Shown one piece after another: positions 25,902 to 39,477 of a stretch of DNA of 64,000 bases. The first letter of the stretch is position 1. Each line of letters starts with the position of its first letter. This DNA comes from Squalus acanthias. Its lineage: Eukaryota. The notes below the pieces were generated by a model that saw only the letters and a program-made list of their open reading frames with translations, was not told where the DNA came from and ran no database searches. The translations under genes were made by a program, and so were the position numbers. The stretch is from NCBI GenBank assembly GCA_030390025.1, contig CM059440.1, positions 33,232,001-33,296,000 on the forward strand. The letters run 5' to 3'.

Positions 25902-28070
25902 GGCACGAAATTAGGAGGCTTCCCCGCGGGCGGATGCCTCCGACCTGTAAAAAAATCTACGAATGTACCCGGTGGCCCGGGAGGTATGGAGACTCGCGGT
26001 CCTGGGCCTCTCTGGGTCTGCGCGGGCAGAGGCCCACGTATCCCAGGGGCGCATGCGGTTCGCAATCGGTTGGCAATCGCCCCTGGGATCACGTGGGCCA
26101 GCCCAACCAATAAAAGATCGGAATCCCCATTCATTACAGTTCTTTACATATGAAACTCCCATAAGTATGAATGGGGATCACTTTAAAAAATACACGAACA
26201 CATGAAACATCGAAACATAGAAAAATAGGAGCAGGAGTAGGCCATTCGGCCCTTCGAGCCTGCTCCGCCATTCAATATGATCATGGCTGATCCTCTATCT
26301 CAATAGCATATTCCCGCTCTCTCCCCATACCCCTTGACGCCTTTTACATCTAGAAATCTATCTATCTCCTTCTTAAATATATTCAGTGACTTGGCCTCCA
26401 CAGCCTTCTGTGGTAGAGAATTCCATAGGTTCACCACCCTCTGAGTGAAGAAATTTCTCCTCATCTCAGTCCTAAATGTCCTACCTCATATCCTGAGACT
26501 GTGACCCCTCGTTCTCGACCCCTCAGCCAGGGGAAACATCCTCCCTGCATCCAGTCTGTCCAGCCCTGTCAGAATTTTATACGTTTCAATGAGATCCCCT
26601 CTCATTCTTCTAAACTCTAGTGAATACAGGCCTAGTCGACCCAATCTCTCCTCATACGACAGTCCTGCCATCCCAGGAATCAGTCTGGTGAACCTTCGCT
26701 GCACTCCCTCTATGGCAAGTATATCCTTTCTTAGGTAAGGAGACCAAAACTGCACACAGTACTCCAGGTGTGGACTCACCAAGGCCCTGTATAACTGTAG
26801 TAAGACATCCTTGCTCCTGTACTCAAATCCTCTTGCAATGAAGGCCAACATACCATTTGCCTTCCTAACTGCTTGCTGCACCTGCATGTTTGCTTTCAGT
26901 GACTGGTGTACAAGGACACCCAGGTCCCTTTGTACATCAACATTTCCCAATCTATCACCATTTAAATAATACTCTGCCTTTCTGTTTTTCCTACCGAAGT
27001 AGATAACTTCACATTTATCTACATTATACTGCATCTGCCATGTATTTGCCCACTCACTCAACTTGTCTAAATCGCCTTGAAACCTCTTTGCATCCTCTTC
27101 ACAACTCACAATCCCACCTAGTTTTGTGTTGTCAGCAAACTTGGAAATATTACATTTGGTTCCCTCATCCAAATCATTGATATATATTGTGAATAGCTGG
27201 GGCCCAAGCACTGATCCCTGCGGTACCCCACTAGTCACCGCCTGCCACCCCGAATAAGACCCATTTATTCCTACTCTGTCTGTTAACCAATTTTCAATCC
27301 ATGCCAGTATATTACCTCAAATCCCATGTGCTTTAATTTTGCACACTAACCTCTTACGTGGAACTTTATCAAAGGCTTTCTGAAAATCCAAATACACCAA
27401 ATCCACTGGTTCTCCCTTATCTATTCTACCAGTTACATCCTCAAAAAACTCCAGTAGGCTTGTCAAACGCGATTTCCCTTTCATAAATCCATGTTGACTT
27501 TGTCTAATCCCGTTGATATTTTCTAAGTGTCCTGTTATCACATCCTTTATAATAGACTCTAGCATTTTCCCTACTACTGATGTTAGGCTAACGCAAATAA
27601 GGCATATGCAAATAAGGGGCCTAACGCCTGCTTAAGGCCCCCACTGCAACATTGGTTTGCCCTCAGGCAGCAAGCTGCAGTGCGGGCTTCACTCAGGAAA
27701 ACCAAAGATCACCTGAAAAATAAAAGGTAAGGACTTACCAAGTAAACAGCACCCCGAACACAGCCGCTGCCACCGTCCCCCCAGCCCTGACCTCTGACCT
27801 CCAGGCTCCCCGAACCCCGAACACCCACCCCAACCTGAGGCCCGGTTGCGATCCCCTTTAAAGTCCGCAACCCTTCACTTACCTGAGGGTCCGGTGCGGT
27901 GCGAGCAGGGGTCCGATCTTGGTCCCTTCTTCCCGGAGAGCTCCTCTCGCAATGCTGGCCTCATGGTAATGAGGTCTGAGACCCAATAGCCGAGCCTCCC
28001 TCAGACCTCTCCACTTGGGTAACTTCACTGCACGGGGGTGGGGGGCGATGTGCCCAAGAATTCCTCGGCC
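25902..28070. mobile_element. Harbinger-type MITE split by a CR1 insertion
   Basis: Left part (gtcccaggggcgca...cccctgggatcacgtgggcca) matches 4033-4083; right end GAATTCCTCGGCC. Confidence 0.5.
26206..27590 (-). mobile_element. CR1 LINE, 5'-truncated (reverse transcriptase and 3' tail)
   Basis: QHGFMKGKS, YLDFQKAFDKVP, SGVPQGSVLGPQLF, KFADNTK, HLEYCVQFWSP; ends in an 8-mer tail. Confidence 0.95.
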
Positions 28071-28574
28071 TTGGTGTTTAAAAGCTGCATATGAGCCAGT
28101 CAGCTGCAAGCAACTTGTTCATGAATAATGCAAGATGGAAATAGATTGAGGTGTATATTTCCCTCTGTTCTCTAACATTAGAAAAAAAGTCAGTCTGAAT
28201 ATAAAGCAAGCAGCAATTTAAAATAAACAATGACAGAACTCAAACAACGTTGTGACATGGATAAATGTTAGTCACTTTGCGGCAATCTTGTCAGCAAGAC
28301 ATTTTTACAATGTTTCCATAGACTCAATCTCTCTCTGGTTAACAGATCCCAAGTGTGGTCAGTTGAATCCACCATAAACTAAATGGATAATTCCCTTGTC
28401 TGCCAACTAAAGAGGTTGGAGGCTGCAACTAGTGCTGCATTATGCAATAGGAAGTTCATCATGAGTACTCACTACTGACCCACTGGAAATAAATGATTCA
28501 TTTTAAACCTTTTATGGGGTCTTATACAAATCTGAAGCTGCGTCACAACTATCTGTCGACCTTCGCATTTACAG

Positions 28575-28679
28575 CTATTCGAGTATAACAGTCATTTGGC
28601 AAAGTTGATTGGAGCTTTAACATGTTGTACGCTAGAAATGATTGTTGGCAATATTAGTAGGCAAATGCTTAAGGCGTTT
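28575..28679 (+). other. Candidate host coding exon, 105 nt, phase 0-0 (unverified)
   Basis: Acceptor cttcgcatttacag, donor GTAAGC; LFEYNSHLAKLIGALTCCTLEMIVGNISRQMLKAF; lies in non-repetitive DNA. Confidence 0.3.
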
Positions 28680-28859
28680 GTAAGCCGTTCCTTTGTCTGC
28701 TGTTTTGATGGAGACAAGGCATGTGAATATCGCCCATATCCCAAGACCTCCCTCCCCAATGCACCCAGATCCCAGGACCATTCCCCAAGTGGTCCCGAGT
28801 GATTCTGGGACCTGCACCAATGTTCCCAGGACCCCTATCTGTAGTGTTCCTGGACTTCT

Positions 28860-29250
28860 TTTTATTCATTCACAGGATGTGGGCGTCGCTGGCAAGGCCA
28901 GCATTTATTGCCAGCCCCTAATTGCCCTTGAGAAGGTGGTGGTGAGTCGCCTTCTTGAATGCAACTGAGTGGCTTGCTGGGCCATTTCAGAGGGCAGTTA
29001 AGAGTCAACCACATTGCTGTGGGTCTGGAGTCACATATAGGCCAGACCGGGTAAAGACAGCAGATTTCCTTCCCCTAAAGAACATTAGTGAACCAGATGG
29101 ATTTTTACAACAATCTTCACAGTCACCATTACTGATACTAGCTTTTTATTACAGATTTTTATTTAATTAAATTCCTTAGCTGTGAATGGTGGGATTTGAA
29201 TTCATTTCTCTGAATCATTAGTCCAGTAACGTAACCACTATGGTACCATA
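28860..29250 (-). mobile_element. CR1/Zenon-like LINE 3' end with adjacent repeat
   Basis: gatgtgggcgtcgctggcaaggccagcatttattgcc...gagaaggtggtggtgag. Confidence 0.7.
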
Positions 29251-29389
29251 CCCCACTCCCAGCCCTTCCTCAAAGTACTGCCAGACCCTGAGCTCCCTTT
29301 CCAGTGCTTGCAGACCCCAGGGTCACTCCCAGTGCTGATAAATGAGGGTCCCGTAGCATAACAACCTATACTCCTCCATCACCATCCCT

Positions 29390-30230
29390 ATACAACTGGT
29401 TGGATAGACCTACCAGAGGGGGGGTGGTTACAGTAATATACAGTCGGGTGCAAACAATGTCAAGGAAACTTCCCGGTAATCACCACCTACTGCCCTCACT
29501 CAACTGATGAATCAGTACTCCACCGTGCTGAACACCATTTGGAGGAAATGCTGAGGGAAGTATTGGTACAGAATACGCTTTGGGTGGGAACTTGAATGTC
29601 CATCACAAAGAGTGGCTTGGTAGTACCGCCACAAACTGAGCTGGCTGAGTCCTGAAGAACATAACTGCCAGACTTTGCCTGCGTCAGGTGGTGAGGGAAC
29701 CAACGCGAATAAGTAGCCGACTTGACCTCGTTCTCACCAACCTACCTGCCGCGGACATATCTCTCCACGATAGCATTGGTAGAACTAACCACCACACAGT
29801 CCTTGTGAAGACAAAATCTTATCTCCACCGTGAGGACATCCTCTTTTGTGAAATGTGGCACCAGCATCGTGCTAAGTGGGATAGCCTACTGATAGATCCA
29901 GCAGGTCAAAACCAGGAATCTATAAGGTGCTGTGAGCCATCATCATCAGCAGAATTGTATACCAACGCGATCTGTAATCTCGTGGCCCGGCACATCCATC
30001 ACTTCCTGATAACCATCAAGCCAAGAGATAATCCTCGTTCAATGAGAAGTGTAGAAAGGTGTTACAAGAGCAACACCAGGTAAGCCTTAGAATGAAGGAC
30101 AAAGTGAAGCTATTACACAGAGTTACTTCAACAGCTCCTCCCTCCTCTGTAACTTCAACCGCCAAGAGGGACAAGAGTAGCAATGTCATGGGAACATATC
30201 ACCTCCAAGTTTCTCTCCATCACCATCCTG
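29390..30230 (+). mobile_element. Old CR1/Zenon-like LINE fragment (endonuclease region)
   Basis: QVVREPTR...LDLVLTN...DSIGRTNHHTVLV resembles an APE endonuclease C-terminus. Confidence 0.65.
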
Positions 30231-31319
30231 AGTTGGATAGGTCGGCCCTCCCGGTGGGCCGTGGGGTGGTCCTGGCCGCCATCGCGCAGCTCGGCACCGC
30301 GTCTCGGATCCGGGCTGCGGCCGCAGCACCACGCCGCCCTGGTGGCCTAGTTGGGGCCATTGGAGGCCCTGCAGAGTTTGCAGTGACCCTCCCCTTTAAC
30401 TGAAGGGGCGGGGCTTTGAAACATGGTAGCGCTCTGCGGAGCTTCCACCGATTGCGCCCCGACATCGCCTCAGTTACCGCCCGAGATTGTGCTCCACTTC
30501 CTGGGCGGGGCAGTAAGGCGAATTTCGCGGCCGGGACAGGACTTCCTCGCCAGGCGCAGGATGTCCCGCCTCGCCAGCGTTACCGCCCCAAAATGGGGCG
30601 CTACCGAATTTCGTGCCCAATATTATGAATATCAAATAATGTGCAATTCAATGTTCAAGCAGTTCTTTCTCCTCTTTATAAAAGTGTTTATCCACTGTTG
30701 TTTCCAAGCCAACAGAACATTTTCAGTGTAGTTGTCTTCAAGAAATGAAGAAAAATCTAAAAGTAACAAACAGTAATACCTAAACACTACTTAATGTCAG
30801 GTTGATGGATGTCTTCAATTGCAGTGATACACATTTGGCCCTAAAATAGGTCATCTTTAGAATCGGTGGGATTATTCTCTCTTGTTTTACCATTGAGCTT
30901 CCATTAGGACATATATATATTAAAGGGGAGGATCATATTTCATGATAGCCTTAATGATCTCCATTAACTTTTCAGCTCATAGAAAAGTTAGAGGATGTGA
31001 AGAGTATTTTAAACACTATCTATATTTAGTAATGGTTTTCAGTGAGATGCAGGGCATTTTACTGAACTGGAAAAATAATTGAATGCACAAAGATTAGTCA
31101 TTCAACCTCTCAGTGTTTGTTGTCAAACACAAGGCTATCTTACTTGTTGAATATTCTTAACTGTTTTGAAGAATTTATTTTCCAATTAATCCTTTTCGCA
31201 GAGTGATGTTTGATCTCTAGTTGCAGATTTTTTTTTGCAATCACCCATTTTCTCCTCTCCTCACATATTTCTGTTGCATTATACAGCGGTCCACTCCAGG
31301 GTGTCAGCTGCCCTTTGTT

Positions 31320-31480
31320 ACCGTGCCCAAGTGCCCATTCTCCATCTGCGAGTCCGAACCGCGAGCGGTGGCAGACTATTTGACTGCGGCAGGCATCACA
31401 ACCAAATCCAATCCTGTCCTGAGCTGACATCCACACGGACACAGTTTCCAAGTGCATCACCTGCTAGCGATCAGGGAAGG
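31320..31480 (-). mobile_element. LF-SINE-like fragment
   Basis: gcccaagtgcccattctccat...ggcagactatttgactgcg...gcatcacaacc...cctgtcct...gacatccacac...tagcgatcagg. Confidence 0.65.
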
Positions 31481-32300
31481 GAACTGATGTAAGAAAACTA
31501 CTAGGCACTTGGTCTAAGCGTTAAACAAAGCTCTAATCAACTGTTTTCCAACATGGAGGTCTAGTTGTGTCCTTCACTAGTTCCTGTTAAGAATGTCCCG
31601 CGCAAGCTGGGCCCGTGCCCAAGTATTTATACTCTCCCTGGACATTGCCACCAGCAGGCCGCCCAGTATTATTTCATAAGTCATTTCCACATGAATGACA
31701 AGATTCATGTCAGGAACCATGTCTGATTTTTCTTCCTCTCTAACCCAGGTCACTGAGACTGACTGGACAGCCTGCTACCTGAGATCAGCCATCTAAACAG
31801 CTACTGGTGATCAAATCTAGGACATTTCCTGCTCTGTATGCCACTGGCAGCACATTTACCAACGGAACCATCGAATCGCCCACTATTTGGTCTCTGTGCA
31901 ATGCAGAATTTCTGTGAGAAGGAAAAAGACATAGCTGTCGGGAAAGAGAGAGACAAATGGACAACAGAGAGACGAGAGAGGCCTCAGATTGGCAACTCTT
32001 GCACTATTCATCTGTGAGGCCATTTTCTCAATCCTCTGATTAAAAGTTATCTTGCAGTCAGCACGCCCGAGTTCCACTCAGTGTAATAGCACGCCGGTGC
32101 AGACTCACAAGCTGACAGTGCTCTGCAAGCTTCAGTCTACAATTCCAACACCGCTGGGGCTTTCAATTGATGTAATTGCCCCTTCATACACCTGTTTACT
32201 TTTTCGATAAAATTATCAAACAGAGAAAAATACATCCCGAGAAGATTCCAGCATGGCACTCTGAAATATAAACATATAACAATCCTTGGATTGTGACCTT

Positions 32301-32334
32301 GGGTTCTGACGAAAGGTCATCGACCTGAAACGTT
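32301..32334 (+). ncRNA. Minimal hammerhead ribozyme motif interrupted at its cleavage site (3' strand of stem I at 33086-33090)
   Basis: GGGUU-CUGACGA-A-AGGUC(auc)GACCU-GAAA-CG-UU-[MITE]-AACUC. Confidence 0.7.
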
Positions 32335-33082
32335 GGGCTGGATTTTGAATGACCCGTGGAGTCGGGTTTGGAGGCATGTGGGGGGTTAAATTAGCAGATT
32401 CCGGGGTCCCGACCCCATCCCGACTCCAACACGCCGCCACGCAATTTTTACAAAATGGGTCACGGGGTTCCCGACTCCGTCCCGCCTCCAAGAGGCGCGA
32501 GAGGCCATTAACACTCTTAACAAGCCCTAAATTGGCTCTGTAATGCTATTTTGAAACGTTTTAGCTAGTTTAACCCTTTTCCCACGTGAAGTACGCCTGA
32601 TGTGAAACACGCCAGTGAAACCTGGCGGGAGCACAAGTGGATAGCTGACTATCAGCTGCAGGTCCACTATTACAACAGAGATGTGATGAAGGTAGTAGTA
32701 GTATTAGGTCTGAAAGTCGCCTCTGATGCTGCTGCATTGAATGTTTTCAGAAACTGCCTGGCCTTTGCTGTGAGAGGACCTGGATGCAAAAAAAAAATCA
32801 TTCTCTCTCTCTCGCTGCTGCTGCATCCAGGTCCTCTCACACCAAAAGCCAGGCAGTCTCTGAGACCAGGCAGTCAGTCTCTGACCTGCAATGATGACAT
32901 CATCAGAGGCGACTTTCAGACTGAAACCACTAATTATTTCATGGGTTCCCACATGCTGGAACTCAATTGCCCAATTAAGTGAAAATTGCATCATTCATCC
33001 ACATTAATCTGGAGTCGGTGGGGGGGCAACACAAAATGTGGGTAACACGACCCCAACCCGACCCCAAGACAAAATCCAGCCC
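32335..33082. mobile_element. Harbinger MITE with long internal hairpin
   Basis: Perfect TIR GGGCTGGATTTTG / CAAAATCCAGCCC; TSD GTT. Confidence 0.92.
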
Positions 33083-34684
33083 GTTAACTCTGTTTCTCTC
33101 TTCACAGATGCTGCCTGACCGGCTGAGTGTCTCCAGCATTTTCTGTTTTTATTTCAGATTTCCAGCATCCGCAGTATTTTTCTTTTTGTAACAATCCTTG
33201 GAGTTCTGAGCTCCATCTTGAAATCTTTAGGTTCTGCTACCCGCCCCCAGCATACTTGAACTGTGGGTCACCATCAGAGTGCCTCTACACTACAGAAGGG
33301 ATTAAACCAGCCAATCATATGTGGGTTTCAGAATCAGACCAGCGTATTGTTTAATCCCAAAATTAACAGGTTTAATATTATGTTAAACCATTACAATTAT
33401 GGGTTTAATAGCACGAGGCCCTTAATAGAAATGATTGGGTGAATTTTGATGATATAGGTAGTAATTGGTGAGACCAGGGAACAGCGAGCCAAATGCTTAC
33501 CTACACTGTGCTGGGGTGGTCTTATTAACTCTGCATCGTGAGCACCCAGCCCAGACTGAGCCGCCTGCGGTCAGCCGGGTGCTTGGGAGCAGGCTAGAAA
33601 TAGTGTGCTTTCCCCATTAAAAGATATACAGGGGGCGATTTTCCACTTAAAGAACTTGCATTTATACAGAGTTTTTCATGACCATAGGACGTCCCAAAGC
33701 GCTTTACAGCCAATGACATACTTTTGAAGTGTAGTCACTGTTGTAATGTAGGAAATTTACAGACATACGAATAATGACGGACAGGTAAAGACCCTCTGGT
33801 CCATCCAGCCTGTCCCACACAGTTGTGATGCGTTGTGCTTCACAATATATACACTCCCCACCCCACCCCAAACCATCTGATCTCCTGGGAAAGGTGAAAA
33901 AAAACATAAAAAAAAACCCCAGGCCACTTTGGGGAAACAAATCTGGGAAGTTCTTCTCCGATCTCCCTCGGCGATCGAAACTAGCCCAGGGGGGTCACTC
34001 TGGTCCTGATTAACATCATGCAGCACCGACCTCTTGTACAAGGTGATCTCCGCCTCAGCCAGAAATATAAAAACATTATAATGAGGTCCCTGCCATTAAA
34101 TTCGGCAGGACCTACGCTTCCCTGGCTTTGCCAGGTTTTCCCCGCGCTACTGCGCTCCCCCGCATTCTCCCGGCCTCCCTGTAAATAACAGGATCTCATA
34201 TTTCATTTGTAGTTGAGAAGATTCTATGCAATGGCAATATGTTAAAATGGAATTTCCTGAATGTATTTGGATATTCATAATTAAACTTCATTATATCGCT
34301 TACAGAAAAATATATGTTCCTGATTAGTTCAATTGTTAGTTCATCACATGCTTCTAATGAGATGTCAAGTTCACTGCACATTGAAGACAGAATGCCAGAA
34401 CCCAGCACAGCCATTTATCTTGGCTGTGGAATTGTCTCTCAGCTACTGACACCACCATATGCTGTCCCTCCTTTCTGTGCAGAAGTTTGAGCGCAAAGTT
34501 AACTATTAAATGATGAACCAGGGCTGTCAGAACACCCAAGAGAAATCAATGATTTGCTTGTCAGTCTCCCAGTACAATTTCCCCATGTTGTTCCATGTTC
34601 CTATCAACTACTATGGTCAAGTTACTGATTTATAGCTTGCCAATGTCTCAGAGAGTTTCTCCAGGGAGGAGCTAAGCACGGCAG

Positions 34685-34918
34685 GCCAGAAAGATCCAAG
34701 ATTTTAATGCCTAGTCTGCGTTGGGTTAACCGGTCTCAGCTGGAGTGGCAGTTGATGTGCTACAACTCGCTGGGGTGAGAATGGGAAAGTTGGCCAGAGT
34801 TGCTGCTCCTGATCACTATCCAGTGACCCTGCTGGAGGAGTGCGCTTGTACACGTAAGGTGACAACAGACTGGACTCAGTCATGATCTCCACTGCAGGTG
34901 ACTAGCCTAGCAATACTC
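34685..34918 (+). mobile_element. LF-SINE-like fragment
   Basis: gctcctgatcactatccagtgaccctgctgga core; probable 3' end at ~36060-36090 (gtggaactgtaccgcagc). Confidence 0.7.
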
Positions 34919-35409
34919 AGGGCTGGATTCTCCTCCGCAATGCTGTCCAAAATCGGGCAGGATAGAGGCAGAGAATAATAGGAAATTTGGCTGGTGAGGC
35001 CTAACCGATATTTCCCTTCCCCTTTATGTGTGCTGCTCACTGTTCCTTCCCTGCCCATCACATGCAAATGGCCCAGGTCCCCAACAGATTTCTCTCCCCT
35101 CTGCTCATGTTACCACTGCTTTCTGAGACTGCCATGTGGAAGGCGGCAGTAGGTTGCAGGGAAGCAGACGTAATGGCCTTGAGATCCTCCCATGGAGGCC
35201 TTGTAGCAGCCTCCTCTTCCTCGAATTTGGTCTCCAGTGACTTAGCTACATAGGCCACAGTCTTTGCTGAGGCCCAGGAGACTGCAGCTCCATCACGCCG
35301 TTCCTGCCTCTTGTGGTGCTGCAACGGTGTCACTTCTGCAGCATTGCCGGGATATTCCTCGGGGCCAGTGGTGGGCCCCCTCTTGGCGGCGGGAAATCTG
35401 TCGGTAGCT

Positions 35410-35740
35410 CGCCAAGGCTTCTTCGGCAGCACCTCCCAAACCCGCGACCTCTTCCACCTAGAAGGACAAGGGCAGCAGGAGCACGGGAACACCACCACCT
35501 CCAAGTTCCCCTCCAAGTCACACACCATCCTGACTTGGAAGTATATCGGCCGTTCCTTCATCGTCGCTGGGTCAAAATCCTGGAACTCCCTCCCTAACAG
35601 CACTGTGGGAGTACCTTCACCACACGGACTGCAGCGGTTCAAGAAGGCGGCTCAGCACCACCTTCTCAAGGGCAACTAGGGATGGGCAATAAATGCTGGC
35701 CTTGCCAGCGACGCCCACATCCCATAAACGAATAAAAAAA
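35410..35740 (+). mobile_element. CR1/Zenon-like LINE 3' end
   Basis: Closely matches 23283-23600; A-rich tail. Confidence 0.88.
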
Positions 35741-36557
35741 AAAGCTCACCACGAGCGAGAAATGATCCCCAAACCAAAAAAATAGGTCAGTGTCAGGCCA
35801 GAGTCGAGGAGGTGGGGCAGCTCCGCCACAACGCGCTTTAAAGGAAAATCCATCCTCACTACCTTCATATCTGAATAATAGCCACTCCCTACCTAATACC
35901 ATTGGGAGAGCCCCAGCTCTATAAAGACTGCAGCAGTTTAAGAAGGAGGCCAGCCACCGCCTCCTCACAGCTACTAGGGATGAGTAATAAACGTGGCCTT
36001 GCCAGCATCGCCCACATCCCGAGAGCTAAAGACAAAAGCTCAGTCAAACCTCAGGAGTATGGCCAGCAACTGTGGAACTGTACCGCAGCCTTGAGTCAAC
36101 TCCCTCAGGGGAGGAGGGGAGGGAAGAACAATTTGCGAGTTAAAAAAATGATCTGTCCTTGTTCATTTTCTATAACTGTTGCTAAGCAAAAAGTAAAACC
36201 TGCTGGGGTTGGACTGCGCGCCGCTGCAATATAATAGATGGTAGCAGCAAAATAACCAGATTATTTGCTTGTTATAAACTGACAGATGGTTTTTTTTTCT
36301 GAAATCAGTCATATAATTAATGTGCATATGGCTACTGTTAAATTGATTTTTTTTTTATCAGTAAACTTGCGCTTAGTGCCTCAGAGTCATTTTGTATCGT
36401 GTAAACTTTCATGTTAATGCCTGCCTTATTAATGCTCAACTCCCTATGTAGAAAGAGTGTGAAAATTAATATTGGGATAAAAATGTAGTGTATTACAGTT
36501 GTATCCATTCTCAGAATGCACTGTCAAAGTCTGCTAGATCTACTTCAACTGTCCACA

Positions 36558-37093
36558 TAAAGGAAAGGAAAGGTCTTGCATTTATATAGCGCCTTTTACG
36601 ACCTCTGGACGTCCCAAAGCGCTTTACAGCCAATTAAATACTTTTTGAAGTGTAGTCGCTGTTGTAATGTAGCAAAGACGGCAGCAAGCTGCAGGTTTAA
36701 GCAGAAAAGAAAATTCCTTGGCGATGAAAACCAAGCTCCTAATATTCACACCTGGCACCCAAAGCATGTTCTTCTTTCCTTCGAGATAGGTCCCACAAGC
36801 AGCAATGAGATACGTGACCAAATAATCTATTCAGAGATAAATATTGGCCAGGACACCGGGGATAATTCCCCAGCTCTCGTTCAAATAGTGCCGCAGGATC
36901 TTTCACGTCCACCCGAGAAGGCAGACGGGGCCTCGGTTTAACATCTCATCCGAAAGACGGCACCTTCAATAGTGCAACACTCAGTACTGCACTGGAGTGC
37001 CAGCCTTGACTTAAGTGCTCATATCTCTGGAGTGGGGACTGAACCCACAACCTTGTGACTCAGAGGCAAGAGTGCTACCACTGAGTCACGGCT
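36558..37093 (-). mobile_element. tRNA-derived Deu-type SINE, full length
   Basis: tRNA head at 37030-37093, Deu-like body, L2-type 3' end and (CCTTT)n tail. Confidence 0.82.
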
Positions 37094-37329
37094 ATAGCCA
37101 ATTATAACATATATAATATATATATATATCCATTAACTATAGAGATTCATGAAATTAATAATTTTCATTCTAAAGTTCAAAAACTGTTTTGTCAGGAGAT
37201 GATGAGCACTCGATACTTCTGTTAATACTTTAACAAGGCATTTTTAATCCAAATTACTTCAGAATCAATTGACCGCTAACCTTTTTCACCTTGCAATTTT
37301 CTCTGCTCCTCTCCTGAAGATGCTGGTTC

Positions 37330-37850
37330 ATGCTGGGTTACACCTCCATAGGCATTGCCACCCACCACTACCTTGCCCAAGCGGCCATTCTTCTTCATGT
37401 GCGAGCTACACAATGAGTGTTAATAGGCTCCTTGACTATGGTCATGGTTGCTTGAAGCTGACCTCACTTGCAGGCCAATTTTAAGAATATGCGCTCCCGT
37501 TGGCAAGCCTTGCCCCTTCAGGAGCACAAGTAAAGAAATCACGGGTATGATCCCCATGATTTTCCGTTTGTTAAAATTGTGGAGATTGCACTTAATAATT
37601 TCCCAACATGCTCTTTAAGTCGACAAGGCCTTTGTACTCTACTAATGTGTACTTGCCAGCAGTGGTCACTACATAGCAGTCAAGAGAGGGAATCAGGATT
37701 TTCTCCTTCTAGCCTAGGAACTCTGAGGCCAACTGTAGCATCCCAGCCCTGATTGAAATAAGCTAATTCATTGCATACTGGGATTGAACCTGAGTCCTTC
37801 CTAGTCTGAGGAACTCAGTTCCACGCTGGAAGTGGAATTACTGACAGAGA
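37330..37850 (-). mobile_element. LF-SINE-like element, nearly full length, with an internal insertion
   Basis: ccttgcccaagcggccattctt...ccagcagtggtcact...tgaggccaactgtagc...gggattgaacctgagtccttcctagtctg. Confidence 0.7.
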
Positions 37851-38544
37851 AATTGAACCAAACTATAACTGCTCAGAGAGTGGTTGAAATATAAGACGAA
37901 TTTTTTAAACAGTCAGAGTACACTTCAGACCAATATAAAAGTAGACAGTTCTCAACTTACGGATCAATATTGCCTCTTACATGTCAACCAATCGATAAAC
38001 GTGAGTGACAGTGAGCCACAACAATGTTAGAATGATTCACAAGGTATGTAAAGTAACCTGGCCCCTCTGACCAATATAAAAATCAATGTTAAAGCAAGTT
38101 GGAGACAAATGAGATTCATGGTCCAAATATGGGTCTGTGAGATACACCACCAATAGACGGTCAGAATAGGAGATAGCAGATCCACACATAGCACGGGAGG
38201 GGGTAGAGGGCCAAAAGGCAGGCTATTTATCGAGGAGAAATACACCCCACATATAATGATGGGATGAAAAGCAACAGTTCACAGGGATCCTACACCTCCA
38301 CTTTCTTTTTAAAGAGTTTACATCATTATAGATTTACTTGCTATCCAGAACTGAAACCAGCTCTCAGCAGTCAACCAGTTTTGATTATTTTCAAACAGCC
38401 TTTTGTCGATGCAATTTGTTTTCCCACAGGAAGCAGCCTTTCATTTTGATTGTTCTGCTGATAATTTCCCACATGCAGTAAGTATTAATGAGAACATCAT
38501 CAATTATGTGACAAAGGTTTTCCACCACCAGCGTGCACTTACTA

Positions 38545-38930
38545 GAAAGAAAGAACTTGCGTTTATACAGCACCTTTCACAACCTCAGGACATCCCAAAG
38601 TGCTTTACAACTAATTAAGTACCTTTTGAAGTGTTGTTGCTGTTATAATGCAGGAAACACAGCAACGAATGTGTGCACAGCAAGCTCCCAGAAACAGCAA
38701 TGAAATAAATCTCCGCAACATCTGTTTTAGCTGCTGGTTGAGGGATAGATGTCGGAAAGGAAACCGGGGAGAATTCCCCTGTTCTTCTTGAATTCGTGCC
38801 ATGGGATCTTTCACCATCACCTGGGAAGGCAGACTGGTTTAACATCACATCCGAAAGACGGCATCTCCGACAGTGCAGCACTCCCTCAGTACTGCACTGG
38901 AGTGTCAGCCTAGATTAGATGCTCAAGTCG
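38545..38930 (-). mobile_element. Deu-type SINE, 5'-truncated
   Basis: catccgaaagacggcatctccgacagtgcagcactccctcagtactgcactggagtgtcagcc body plus tail. Confidence 0.8.
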
Positions 38931-39477
38931 CTTAGAAAATTATTCCCATAGGATCAAAGCTAACAGGCAAACAAATATAGTCACAGCTTTTTCATCCACA
39001 CAAATTGTTTTGTTTATATTGAGAAACCTAGGTGAAAGGTGAAGCTCAGAATTCCATAAAGATTGAAAAGAATAGAAGGGAAAATGAGACAAATCAAGAA
39101 GTTGTGGTGAGGTGAAGCTAAGCTTGGGTTGTAGATTATATGAGGAAGAGAGAAGAGTGGGGAGCTGAGGAGTTCCACAGTTTTGAAGCTCAGGTAAAGA
39201 ATGAACTAGTCTAGGACATGGTGGCCAAGGTTATTTTAATGCCAGTGCTGGCCTGCTTAAAATAAATGGGTTAACGACAGCGTTAAATTAATTGGTAATC
39301 GGACAACCTAGGCTAGTGAAGTAAATTTTGATTTCAACACGGTGAGGATGTAGGAGTTGGAAGAGTTTCAGCTGGTGTATGTGGAGCTTATGTTTTCTAC
39401 CAATTTCTAATTTTTTTTTGACAGCAGCACTGTTACACTAGAAATCTCCTGTTTTGAAGAATTTTAAAAAGACTTGA

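Larger units (their letters stand above)
32291..33188 (+). mobile_element. Penelope-like pseudo-LTR remnant with 14-bp TSD
   Basis: TAACAATCCTTGGA at 32277-32290 and 33189-33202; hammerhead core at the 5' end. Confidence 0.8.
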
